This document shows positions 27,720-40,174 of a stretch of 64,000 bases of DNA, in pieces. Location of the stretch: NCBI GenBank assembly GCA_035084275.1, contig CM068757.1, forward strand, positions 7,874,001-7,938,000, in the 5' to 3' direction. Position 1 is the stretch's first letter, and each line of letters opens with the position of its first letter. A program made the position numbers and the translations under genes. The notes beneath the pieces are model-generated. The model ran no database searches and was not told the DNA's origin. It was given only the letters and a program-made list of their open reading frames with translations. This DNA is from Hydrolagus colliei (lineage: Eukaryota).

Positions 27720-28315
27720 CACCCTGGCTCAGTGATAAAACTCTTGTCCCTGAGACAGAAGGATGGGTCCAACCAACCCCTAATCACTTAGTCTAAACTG
27801 ACAGTCCAAGCAGGGGGGTGTGTTTTGTATTTTTGGAGGTGCTATTGTGCGGTTGAGACGTTAAGCCAAGTTCCTGTCTGCCTATCCAGGTGGCTGTTAA
27901 AGATTCCATGGCACTATTTGAAAAGAGAAGTGAGTTTCTCTTCCCCGGTGTTCTGGCCGACAATCCCACACATAAAATTGGTCACTCGCCCCGTGGTTGT
28001 TTATGGTTTGCTATGCACAGCTGGCTGCCACGTTTCTCCCACAAAATAATAATAATAATAATAATCCTTACATTTATATGGCGCTTTTCACGTCTTACCG
28101 ATGTCTCAAAGCGCTTCACAGAATACAGCAGCGTCCCAAGGTTGGGACCAGAGCAGGGGGAGGAGGATGTTGTGGTTGGGGGAAGGAAAGTAGGAAAATT
28201 GACTGTATATTTGTGGGAGAAAATACAGTCTCTATCCCTTACAGTTTATCCTTTGAAGCGCTTCGAGACATCTCGACAATGTGATGAGGCTCCATAGAAA
28301 ATGCTGGGATTATTA
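27720..28315 (+). mobile_element. Full-length Deu SINE interrupted by an antisense SINE-tail segment (28049-28219)
   Basis: Head ctggctcagtg..ctcttgtccctgagacagaagg, Deu core gagacgttaagccaag..taaagattccatggcactattt. The host resumes at aaaatacagtc (28220). Confidence 0.85.
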
Positions 28316-29639
28316 GGATGATGATGGTTATTATTATGTACTTACAAGTCACAGGATCAGCAGATCAACAGCAGGTCCTTATTCAACCCGTTGTGGAGTA
28401 GGAGGTGATGATCAACAAGCATGATGGTTGCAATTAGCTGTTTCTAAGCCTGTGTTTTTGCTAATGTGTAACATATTCAGCGAATGCCATTCCTCAGAGA
28501 GTTTCTACTACAGGAATGGGCTGCTGGGTGCATGAATATGATATGCCTCTATAATTCCTCTAAGGATCAAACCTCTGTTGGATTATATAAGGGGGATGGT
28601 CTTGAAATGATGGTGAACTGCCCCAACTGTGCCGCCAGCCACACACGTTAACATTTGTTGGGATTAAGAGTACGTAAGCATGTGTGTGTACATGTTGAAT
28701 GATATTAAACTATTGCTGTTTAATTCTATTACAGGCAGATGTGGCTTTTAACTCCCTCACCTTCTCACCCATTCACGACTGCTGAGAGGCTCCTGAAAAT
28801 CTTTCCAAGTCTACTTAACCAAATCTCTGTTCTCTCCTCCTCTATTAATACAACAATTGAGACGCCGTCCGGCGTGGAGGGCACTATATAAATCGAATTG
28901 CAATGGTGCTTGGTTCCAATTTTACTTTGCTTTAGAAATTATTTCACAGAGGCTACGGTGAGAAGATAAGTCAGCATCACTATGTGGAACATCCGGTGTG
29001 GAGGACGCTACATAAATCCAAGCTGTTGTTGTTGTTGAACATGGAGAACCTGTAGGTATGTATTGCCTTAGTCAATCTGAAACTTAATTGTAAAGTTCTG
29101 GAAGGACTTAAGCTTGTATGGGAATAGTGCAGCAAAACAAATCCATACCAGCATGAGGGCAAACCAGCCCCAGCTTTGAATTTGAACAGGGGCAGATCAG
29201 GACTCCACCAAGCTGGTAAGAATAAGGTCATGCTACTGGGGGTGATGAATTGGTGAAAAAACTCATAGTGTAAAATAGGGGAGAGTCATTAACAAACCAG
29301 TGACAAGCTGAAGTCAATACATTTTGGACACAGTGCATACTATCCCTAGGAACATTTCAAGAGAAGTTTTAGAACACCCCCAGTGCCTATATCCGATAAG
29401 GCTCTAAACAAATGTAATTTTGTTGTTGTAGTATAAAGTCCGTTTATTATAACTACTCAAACTTTGGATGAGTGAAGCCTGTTTCTAACATGGGTAACTA
29501 CAGCTGCCTTTGTGTGCTTTGCCTGTCGTTTGTCAGAAATGTGGAAAGTTGTTGCCTATGCTTGTTGAAGGGTTGGCATTCCATATTTTACATCTGACAT
29601 TTTCTAAGGAGTTACATTGGCCAGTATGACTTCAACTTA

Positions 29640-30178
29640 GTGTCAGCCTGGCTCGGTTAGTAGCATTCTCATCCGAGTCAGAAAATTGTGGGTTCAAACC
29701 GCACGTTGGAACTTGGAATCCATATGGAAAATGCTGCCACTCCAATGCAGTGCTGGAAAGGTGCTGGTTTGTCAGAGGTGCTCTGTTTCAGATGAGACGT
29801 TAAATGTCTGTCTGCCTGTACAGACGGCTGTTAAAGATCCCATGGACTATTCAAAAAGAGAAGAGAGTTTCTCCTAATGTCCTGCTCAACAATTCCTCAA
29901 ATAAAATTGGTTGTTCAATTTGTGGCTGTTTGCAGGACATTCATAGAATCATAGAATGTTACGGCACAAAAGGAGGCCATTCGGCCCATCGAGTCTGTGC
30001 CGGCCCTTGAAAAAGAGCAATTGCTGTGTATAAACTAGCTGCCGTGTTCGACCACAAAATACACAGAGCCACACTACGTTACAGTATATCCTGTGAAGCA
30101 TTTTGCATTGGATCTAGCGCCTTATCATGTCTCGATGTCACGATAAGGCACTATATCAAATGAAAGGATTATTATATC
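29640..30178 (+). mobile_element. Full-length Deu SINE containing a CR1 tail insertion
   Basis: ctggctcggttagtagcattctc..gagtcagaaaattgtgggttcaaacc; ttcagatgagacgttaaa..taaagatcccatgg; tail gataaggcactatatcaaatg. Confidence 0.88.
29941..30021 (-). mobile_element. CR1 3' UTR/tail fragment nested in a SINE
   Basis: Closely matches the reverse complement of 10208-10290 (catagaatcatagaat..acggcacaaaaggaggccattcggcccatc.agtctgtgccggc). Confidence 0.9.
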
Positions 30179-30179
30179 T

Positions 30180-30900
30180 TGCAAAGGGTCTTTTGCCATT
30201 GTCTGTAATTTGGAGATAAGACTGCCACCTGGGGCATTGGTGGTTGGGAAATATTCCTGCTGTAGTTATGGATTCGAATAATTCCTCCATCAGGAATTTC
30301 CATATGGAATGTCTCATCAAATGCAGCGAGGAAGTCATCTGGGCAGAAGTCCTCCCACAGCTGTGGATTGCTCCTTGCACCTCAACAGAGGCAATCAGAA
30401 TATCCCAACAAATCGCTGACATTTCCAGCAAGCTTGGAAAGAGAAGAAAGCTGTGAAATCTGGAGAGCTGCTCAGGGGGTTCTCTCCAGAGAGTATTCTC
30501 CAAGGTATAGAAAAATTATAAAATTCTCAGTTCATTTGGGTACAGGATAATAACAGCGCCATCCCTTCAGTTTAATTGCTGTGATCCATTTGCTCTGGGC
30601 TTGTTGTCATATAGCGAAGGCCAGCAATCTTCTCAGCTTATCCCTCTGCTTCTAATATTTGGCTTTCATATAATGGCTGGTTCAGTGTACAATTAAAATC
30701 ACTTCCCACGACGGCTGTGTGGTTCAGGTGTGGGGCTGCTGCTAAAAACCCTTTGATGATGAAGTCTGGCTTGTCATTGCTGAGGTATAAATATTCAGGA
30801 ATGCTGCTGCTTTCCCCTGTAATTTCCCCCATTTCCCCACGGCATAGTTACCCCCGAGATCTAAGATGCTTTCATCCACATTAGAAGTTTGATTCATATA
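30180..30900 (-). mobile_element. Degraded L1/Tx1-clade LINE ORF2 relic
   Basis: Minus-strand ORF 30638..30832 has VVGSDFNCTL (APE endonuclease GGDFN motif). Region 30180-30500 resembles the pre-RT segment (EV..AI, GIFP, frameshifted KDPL). Confidence 0.65.
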
Positions 30901-32234
30901 TCTGCTTTGCTACATGTGAAATGAACAATGACGGAGGTTTATGAAACTTGGCGCACCACCACCTTTTAGATTATTATGTGGTTGGATGTGCTGTTACAGG
31001 CATGTTATTTATGCCTGGCCCTTTTTTAAAAGAAGGGACATTTTGTGCATTTGATGGAAGTGACTTAGTAGCCTCTGAAAATTGAGAAACAGCACAAATT
31101 GCCGCCAAGCACATCGCAAACGTTAGCATTAACTTTATTGGCGGATATATATCATTTTGAGTTGGTGTTTGTGAACACGTGCTCACATATCCACGGCTCG
31201 GTACACCTTGATTGGGAAGCAGTCGCTTCTTCAGCTGCACACCTGCAACCATCACCTGCAACCACCACTCAATAGGTAGAGATGTGATCTCGACCAGTGG
31301 GTAAGAGGTTGGGAAGTGCTCTCTGGAGTCTGCAAGCTTTGGCTCATGGTAACTTGTATCTTATATTCTCTGAAGTTAGGTATGGGGGGTCTAACCTTGC
31401 AGGTAAGAGTAGACAATCCATTCCATAGATACAGGGAAATCTCCAAATGCATGTCAAGCTCTGTTTGTTTCCTCATGAGCATGGCAATGGGTTTCCATAT
31501 GTCAGGCTGATTTCCCCCCGCCACCCCAACCCTCCCAAAACAAAAAGTATTTGTGTTAGGTTACATGATATAGAAAGTCCTCAGTTAACTCGATGAATGA
31601 TTCATAAAACATTATTTTCTGAAAATATCCCCCTTCAAATCCAAAGTGTACACCAAAAGATTGTCATAATTGAGTAGTGTTAACCCTCCCTCTTCCTTTC
31701 ATTGTTCTGATGAAGGAAACTAACCCTTTTCCCAATCACTGAGAGTTGCAACATCATTTGAATCGAGTTTCAAGTCACTGAAATCAAGTACACAGCTACT
31801 ATAGGAATCAAATACAAATATCAGTGCTCTGCACTCTCAGATTGGCACATATCCCAAGCTTGTTCTAGCCAAGTGTAGAGAGAGAATGCTGATCATTTGT
31901 ACAATGTGAACATGGGTTTCTCAACTTGTTGGTGGAACTCTCCTTCAACAGTGATGTCCTCAGTAATTTGCTTTCTTGGTTGATGGAGTGTTGAAATAAC
32001 AGAATGTACTGTTACAGACACTGGAAGATTGGGTGAAAACTTCTAACAGGAGACATTATAAAATGAAAACCACATGTACATGTACACATTCCAGCTTTGT
32101 TTTATTCTAGAATAGGGGCTTAGGAACAGTCTCACCACAAATTAACACAGGAACACTTACTGTAAAAATATGGTCCACAAATTTCTATTAAAGCTGTATA
32201 TATACCACTCTGAGTTAAGATCAAAACCTAGGCT

Positions 32235-32710
32235 GGCAGTTCTGGAGGTGTGCTGCATTGTTGTAGGTCTTGTCCTTCAGATGAGATGTTAAACCAAGGT
32301 CTCAGCTGCCGGTTTAGGGTGGATAAATAATATGTGGCAGTATTTCAAAGAAGATTAGGGGAGTTTTTCTGATGTACTGTCTCATGTTCCTCTCATCCAA
32401 ATACACCAAAAGAAAAACTGATCAATTTGATTCTTGTCTCATTGCTGTTTGGGGATGTTGGATCAAGTTAACTGGTATATTTGCCACTGTAGGAACAGTC
32501 ACTTCACCTTCAGAGGAAATCCTTTGCGTGAATAATCATTTTGGGACATTTCACCTTTATGAGACACCATGTTAAATGCAAATAGTTTCTGCTGTTAATA
32601 TAATAATATTCCTTTCATTTGATATAAATCCTTATCACATCAATCAGGCATCTCAAAGAGCTTCACAGGGTTGCACTGTCAAGTATAGTCACTGGGTATT
32701 TGTAGGCACA
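32235..32710. mobile_element. Deu SINE (+, 32235-32582) tail-to-tail with a SINE tail (-, 32597-32710)
   Basis: ccttcagatgagatgttaaaccaaggtc Deu core, then ataatattcctttcatttgatata..tctcaaagagcttcacag antisense tail. Confidence 0.72.
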
Positions 32711-33889
32711 TAGTCTTTTCTTAAGCAGGAATCAAATGCAGCTTTGAATAAAAATGTTTTCACAGTTAATCATTACCACTTTAAATTTCTAGCTGACTGG
32801 AACTCTTAAGTACAATAATTTGCTCCTGGGTGGGTGGGTGGATGGGTGGGTGGGAGCTGCATGTGCGCTGTACTAATGTTGACTTGCTGTGCTGCTCTGA
32901 GAAGAATTTCTTAACACACATCAATGTCTGTAAGCCGCCTCATTTCCCCAAATACATGAGATATACAACAAAGGAACTGACATTAAAAGTGGAATCCGAG
33001 AAAGTAACAGAAGTGCTCAGCTTCTGAAGCTGAACTGAAGCAATCAATGTGCACAGAGTTGATCATTTATAAAGGAATTAGTTTATCTGTTAAGTAGAAA
33101 GTCTTTTTGCTGTATCCCTGGAGATGAAGAGCTGGGGGATCATTTTGAGTTGAGAGCAGGATTTTTCACTTTGTTTTAATGGTACAAACACACAGGGACT
33201 GCTACTCTGGTGCAAAATTATCGAGCAAATCTGTGTATGTTTTACTGAGCACCAAGTCCAGCTTGTCTATCAATTGTAGAACATGCCTTGATGAGAAGCA
33301 GTCACTGTTTCTGAATAGGACTAATATTTAAAGGTAACTTTAGAAAGAAACAAGGACCGATGGACTCTTCAGGGCAAGCTTGAAGGACTTAACATTGTTG
33401 AAACATAATATTAGAGAATAGCACTAGCTTCTGAGTGTCTTATCATTTATGCCTTACTATTCGTCTTTTACCAAATGGAAGGAGTATCATGCATATTTGC
33501 TTCTAAATGTATTGACTCTTCCTCTTACATAGTTACATAATATACTTTTATTGCATGTGCATAGGAATTCACTAGTTATGTTCCAAATAGTGTTTCATTT
33601 AAGAGCCTGGAAGGCAATGAGCAATTAATTTTGGCTTGCAGGCAACAAATTCTTCAGATCATGGTTGACAGAAAGGGGCACAATTGCAAGGGTTTTCTGT
33701 TTTAATTTTTTTTTCAGGTTTGCAAGCCGAATGTCTAAAAAAAGATTCTTCTTAGAATTTCTGTGATCTCCTTTCAGCTGTGGATTTTACTTTGTAATAT
33801 AACAATTGTTAGTGTTCAGGTCAGAAATCCCAGGCTATACAGAGCAGCTTTCAATCTATCTGCACCAGAAATTTTAACAAGCGGCATTA

Positions 33890-34258
33890 TGTTACTGGGA
33901 CATTATTGCACAGCAATCACTAAATGTTTCTTTCACAAAATAATAATAATCATTGAATTTGATACAGCGCTTTTCATGTCTTTAAGACGTCTTAAAGTGC
34001 TTCACAGAACTGTAAAGTGAATTGGCTGTATATTTGTAAGTGAGACACGGTAGCCAATTGCTGTGTCCGACAAACAATCATGGATTGAAATCACTAATTT
34101 TATTATTTTTTTGAGAGATTATATCAAAATATAAGTTTCTACAGGTCTCAATCACAAAATATACAGTAAATTCACTTTACAGTACATTCTGTGAGGTGCT
34201 TGGAGACATCTCGACAGCGTGATAAGGCGCTATATCAAATGCAAGGCTTTTTATTATC
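33890..34258. mobile_element. SINE 3' half (+) with an antisense SINE inserted at 33943-34151
   Basis: Direct repeat TCACAAAATA at 33933-33942 and 34152-34161 flanks a minus-strand SINE fragment. Confidence 0.82.
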
Positions 34259-36759
34259 ACATTTCAAAGGAACTCACAGTGTAAATGGTTTGAGACACTT
34301 GATGTGTCGATATGCTATATAAAGTGCAAGTATATTTTATTATTATAGTTATGGTTAGGCAATGGTTATGTTCTGGCCAGTATGAATATTCCATTGTATA
34401 CAAGTACTGTAATTTTGGCCAGTTTGCACAAAAGTATATAAACTCTTTAATGGTTGAACTTAACCTGGCTCCTTCGTGATTTGGAGAATTCTGATGGTGC
34501 AGATTAAAAGACCTCTGAGTATAGTAAAAGTAACAACCATTGCTGTAATTCTTGGTGAAGATTTTAGCTCAGGAGCATTTGATAGGACATAAGGCTTCTC
34601 TTCCCCCTGCTAAAGGGGTTGCTATTTATATGTGAGTCTTACGGTGGAAAGTGAGGCCAGCTACTCCTATCTCAGTCTCCCAGCTCTAGTGATCTGCAGA
34701 TTGCTGCACTGGTTTGAATTATGAAAATTTTAGCTTGAAAATTTAGCAAAGATTTATCATAAAGGTTTGAATGTTACATGTGTCCTTTAAATATCAGAAT
34801 TCTGCACACATCAGAAAGTACATCTATCCTTATTCTTTTCACAAGAGGTATTTAGTAACTATAGATTGTTTAGTTGCATGCTGCTAAACTCATCCTAAAG
34901 GCCTATTTGAGATACATAAAAAACAATTTTCATTAGTTCATATTAAAGGTACCAGCAAGGAATAGTAGATTACCTAAAGCTAAGGGTACGCTTTGTACAC
35001 TTTGTATGTCCTTCGACAGCAATTTAAAAGCAGTCCCTTTAATATCCACACAGACAAAGGTAATTACTCAGGATTCTGTGTATTAGTAAAAGGTTTCAGA
35101 TTTAATGTCTTCAGATGAAGATAGAGCCCAGTAAAGTACACTAATACTGAGTAATAACCCCCATTACTAACTGTGGCTTTTGATGTTCATCCTTTATTTG
35201 CGTCGACATGATACATTGCACCATGAAACCGTTCATTTAGAATAAATGGATCTGGATGTTTCTACATGTTTGTCAGTAAATGTCATCATCTGCCAGTGCT
35301 TTGTTGGTAAAGCAGTGGTGCTTTAACTCCTTGCCTGCTCTTAATGAGCTTTCTCCTATTTGTATTAATGAAAATAAGATTTATATCTTTGATTGTAACT
35401 TTTAATATAAGTGGAGGCCATCATATCAATACGAGCGGTTTAAGTGCTGCTGTGGTTGCGAGCCAAGCCTTTTCCCTCTGTGCCTTACCCCAGCCGTACA
35501 CCATCTTGTGCATGTAATCTAAAGCTCCTGTCAGGAACCATCCAAACATTAGAGCAGCTCCATTGTCTCAGTTTACTCATTATTAGTCTCCAGTTGCAGA
35601 ACCTAATCTAAAAGGTGGGGGATGAATGTTTCTTCAAAGTCCTGCAATTAATCTGCCTGTTTGATGAGGGGCAATAATGCCTCAAAACAACAACAACTTG
35701 TATTTATATATTTATGTATCGCCTCTCATGCAGGGTAGCGTCCCAGAGCGCTTGAAAAATCAAAGAGAACTTGCTCAGTCTGCCCTCCCGACCTGAGAGA
35801 CTCTATACAAATATAATTTTGTATTGTATCGGTGGACGTTTTGCAATTTTCTCTGAATGTTACCACTTATAAATGTTGGCCGATAAAGTTACCCTAAGAC
35901 TTTCTTTGTCTTTACCACTTAAATCAAGTTTCAGCCGTTTTAATTACTTAACAATATTGCCTGTTTTCTCTCTCTCTCTTTCTGTTTGTCATTCACTTTT
36001 TGTCTCTTACCATTCATCTTATTTTCTCACCAGTCAGAAATTCATTAAGATAGGTACACATTTGTATCATGTTGCAAATTTCAGGGATTAGCCCTTATCC
36101 TGTTAATCGTGGATTTCTGCTAAGTATTAAAATCCATTTCCAGCATCCTGAAGGTTATGTTAACAGATAGCTTTAGGTGTATTTATCTTTTTTCCCTCCC
36201 CATGATCCAAAATCTGTCAATTCAGGAATGTAAGCAATTCCCCTGAATAGCTACAAATTGAAAAACGTAGTCGTTCACTCTTTAACCTTGTGTGTTCAGA
36301 TCACCAATGTTGAGATAAACTCACAAGATACATTTTCTAAAGGTACCATTAGTTTATCGATTTTCCTGATTCGTTTTGTGATAGCAATTTTGTTCTGATA
36401 TTCATAATGCTGCTGGGATTTATGTGGGAATTATAATTAAGTGAATTTCATCTGTTTCGCATGCATTCCATATGCCTGGTGTCACACAATTCATATTTTC
36501 AGAAAACTGAGATGATACTTGCTTAACCCAAATGAAGTTCCTTTGGGGGGAAAGACTACCTATTATGTTTAGTTAATAGATAGCTTAAAGGTACATTTTG
36601 CGGTAAACTCCTCCGATCTCCTACTGTAACCAGCAAAGGTAGCTTACTCAGAACCTATATTCTAGGGTACACATATGGCTTCTAAAAAGTTTTCTTATGC
36701 AATGGTAGAAAAATCGAAAATACAGCATTTGTTCATAGCTAATCATGGGGCAACCATTT

Positions 36760-37290
36760 TATAATGAAACACTATTGAAATTGTTAACTTCCCAATCCAT
36801 TTAATCCATTTGTGTATTAGTATTACTGTTTCTATAATTTTAGCACATTGATTTGTAATGGAAATTACAAACTGAACTTTTATTATTTAGCCTATTCACA
36901 GCCATGGAATGCTTGATCAGTGCAAAGATAATTCCTGTACTATGAAGAGCTTCAACTCCGAAATGAATCTGTTAATTACACCTTTCAAAAAGCGCTCGTT
37001 CTTGTTTCAGCTGCAGGAAACTGAGGGTTGTAATCTGTTGAGTGTAGTGCATGGTGGGGAGCAAGCAAAACTTGCCTTGCTAGTCAGCCTCGCAGTGTCA
37101 ATTTGTACGTTTCACAATCTGGTTCAGATTGCCATCTCTGGCTCTGTCAATGGTATTGAATGATTAGTCCTGCATCTCATGATAGACAGAGGTTATTGTG
37201 AGAACAACTTTACTTTCCGCTGTGCACTCCGTGTGGTTCTGAATAATGTGTCTTATTAATCAAATGAGCATCCTCAAACGTTTTCTGTGT
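36760..37290. promoter_or_regulatory. Candidate conserved non-coding element
   Basis: Repeat-free, TAAT-rich, palindrome TTTGTAAT-GGAA-ATTACAAA (36852-36871), AGATAA, CAGCTG. Confidence 0.4.
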
Positions 37291-37499
37291 TAGAAATACA
37301 GGTAAGGTAGTGGGCAGGGTGAGAGAAATAACGTGTCACATAGAAACCAACATACTGTTAGGTAAGATATGATACATACTTCAGGTTTGAAACATAGATA
37401 AGCCATGTAAATTACAACGCAAAAGTGGCTGAAATGGTTTTTGGTTGATTTAAAACAAACTTAATACAATATGCAGAGTATGCCATGGTTGCGTTGTGT

Positions 37500-37770
37500 T
37501 TATTATTTTCAGGAAAATTGAGGGAGCATTCATTCGTCTATTCCTTGTCAATCTGTGGAGAAACTGGTATGGTATTGGAGACATTGTTTTACACAGAGAG
37601 CTGTTAGGGTGTGGAATGTCCTGTGGTTGAGGCAGTATCCATATTAGCTTCAAGAGGAAACTAGATAGTTATCTAATTAATTGAATTGATTAGTGTTGTA
37701 GTAATAACTTGCGGGTAACTTGGGCGAAAAAGGCAGATAAATGGAACTGAATGGTGACACTTTCAAAGAG
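37500..37770 (+). mobile_element. Degraded CR1 3' fragment
   Basis: ttttacacagagagctgttagggtgtggaatg..gtggttgaggcag..ttcaagaggaaactagat parallels 10054-10150. Confidence 0.7.
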
Positions 37771-40174
37771 GTCAAGAGTTAAAAATATAATTCAAGTGGC
37801 ACAGAAAGCACTTTAATAGGGGAAATGTTTTGATCTGATATCCCCTTGAAAGATGATAGACCAGCAGGTTATTCCACAAATGAATGTCCTAACTGTTGGA
37901 TATCAACAATTGTTCAGAATAAAATCTACAAAAAACTCTTAAATAATAAACTTTAACAGTTTTTCTGATGGACTAGATTAATGCCATTCTATTTGTTTCC
38001 TTCAGATTTCCAAAACCTACTTAATTTAATAATAAATTGCTGTGCTCCTAATTTTTATGCTACATTATAGTTGTCACGCTTTTTGAATTGATTAGTGTTG
38101 TAGTAAGAACCGTACTAATGGGAAAAAGTAACTAGGCAGCGTTGAAAGGGAATACAAATGACTTGCACAAACTCATACAAAACAAACCTTTTTACTCCTA
38201 ATTAGTGGCCAATGGTCCAGACACAGGGTCGGTGGCACCAGCACAAACAGTGCAATTAATCTGCCCGGAAGCTTTGTGTTGAGCCTGAGTTTCGTTCATA
38301 AAATGGATTCAGATAACTATCAAAATAATTGGCAGACCTGCTGCTCCTGATTGTCAGATCTCTACGCCTGCCTGCCTGCCTGCCTACCACCAATAAACCT
38401 CTCCGCACACTCCACCTGCCTCATAGCCCCAACAAACACTCTGCGTGCTCCCATTGAACCTCGTAGCTTTTTCTTCTAAGTGCTTTTTCATAGCTCTTCT
38501 GCACTCCTTGATAGCCAGGTGAAGAGCTTGGAAAGGCCAAGCTAGACTGCTGAAAGCTCTACACCTGGCTATCAAGGAGCTCCCATCTGCTTTCTAAGTT
38601 ATGTGCATAGATCTACATCTCACACTGTGACTGTTCTAAACACCAAACTCTGTACATGTTTTGCTAGCTCTTGCTCGGCCCTTCATTATTTCAAGCCATG
38701 GACCCTTTCAAAGCTAACCTCTGCAACCCAGTGTCCAACCCAAGGCCTATTTACAGCACCGACACGCTGGGCTGATTTGTGCTCTGCTATGTTACACATT
38801 CAGGTCCTATGGGAATATCCATTCAGATGAACTGACATATATGCCCCATCCAAATAAAAAGTGGAACTGTAATTTCTGTTTTTAAGTGATTTATTCTGAA
38901 GTAGGTTATGGTGAATATTAATGTGTGAGAGTTTTTTTTAGAGGGATTATTACACAGTATAAAGCCACATCAGCCGCCTTGGTACCTGCCCTGCTTACAT
39001 TTTAATTATGCAAGTGTTTGATACAATTATGAATAGAATTATTGCTGCAGCATGGAAACAGGCCACTTGGTCAATCTAGTCTGTGTTGGTGTTCATACTC
39101 CACATTCTCACCAGAACCTCTCACCTATACTCCCTTCAGATATGTCATTAGCTATTCTTTATTTATGGCCCTTCATTTTGAATGCAGCAGAAAGTGAAAA
39201 GAGTCCATCAACGTCCACCTTATCAAATAGTTTCATGATCTGAAACTGAAGCAGAAAGCTTGCGCCTATTTGCCTTGCTCTCATGTCAGACGACAATCAT
39301 CACTGTGTGCGTGGAGAGCGAAGTGTGGCTGCATTGATTTTCCTTTGGATGCTGATTAACCAATGGTGGGTATCTGTGCATTGCATGGTACTCTGATCCC
39401 AGGAGTTCTGTGAAGAGGGAGCACAACTTCAAAGGGCGTCAGAGCATTGAAACCTTTCAAGCTCGTCACGGGTTCAGATTGACGATAATGCTGATAAGAC
39501 CATTTGGTTGTGGTGGTATGGTCATTATGGACTCCAAGGTGCTCGTTAGCACTCTTCTCCTGGGCCAATAATGAGCACCTCAGGGCCAGTATTGCCAACA
39601 AGCGCCCTCATTATGATGCTCCTGATAGGTTTACATGCAAAGATATAGAGCAACATCCTTTTAATGTCTCCGAACTTTCACACTTCTCAGCTTTAAACCT
39701 TCCTGCCTTGCTCATTAAATTATAGTAAACAGTAGTAAATAAGGAAACATTTCACCAGCCGGAGTCCAAGGCATTGTTAGCTTTTTGGAACACAGCAGCT
39801 TCCAGAAGACCTTCCTTTTAGTGAGGTTTGAACAGGCAGACCAGTGCTAAGGATGAGCTGTTAATCCAACAACAACAACAACAACTTTGATTTATATAGC
39901 GCCCTCCATGCCGGACAGTGTCTACGAGCGCTTAAATCCAAGGCCTGTCAGCTACTTCTGTGGGATCAACTGCATGTAAAAGATCCAATGGAACTGCACT
40001 GGCTAATATTCCACTTTTCAATCTACCAAACATTAGATTGATTGGTTATTCCTCTCATTGATATGTGTTGGACATTGTTGCTGATACAGATTAGCAACTG
40101 CTTTTGCTTCATTATCAAAGTCAAAATGACTCATTTGTGAAGCATATTGAGACATTTCAACCTGTTTGATACCA

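Noticed and set aside
27890-28297. 135-aa ORF with poly-Ile
   Set aside because: Entirely SINE sequence with an (AAT)n tail.
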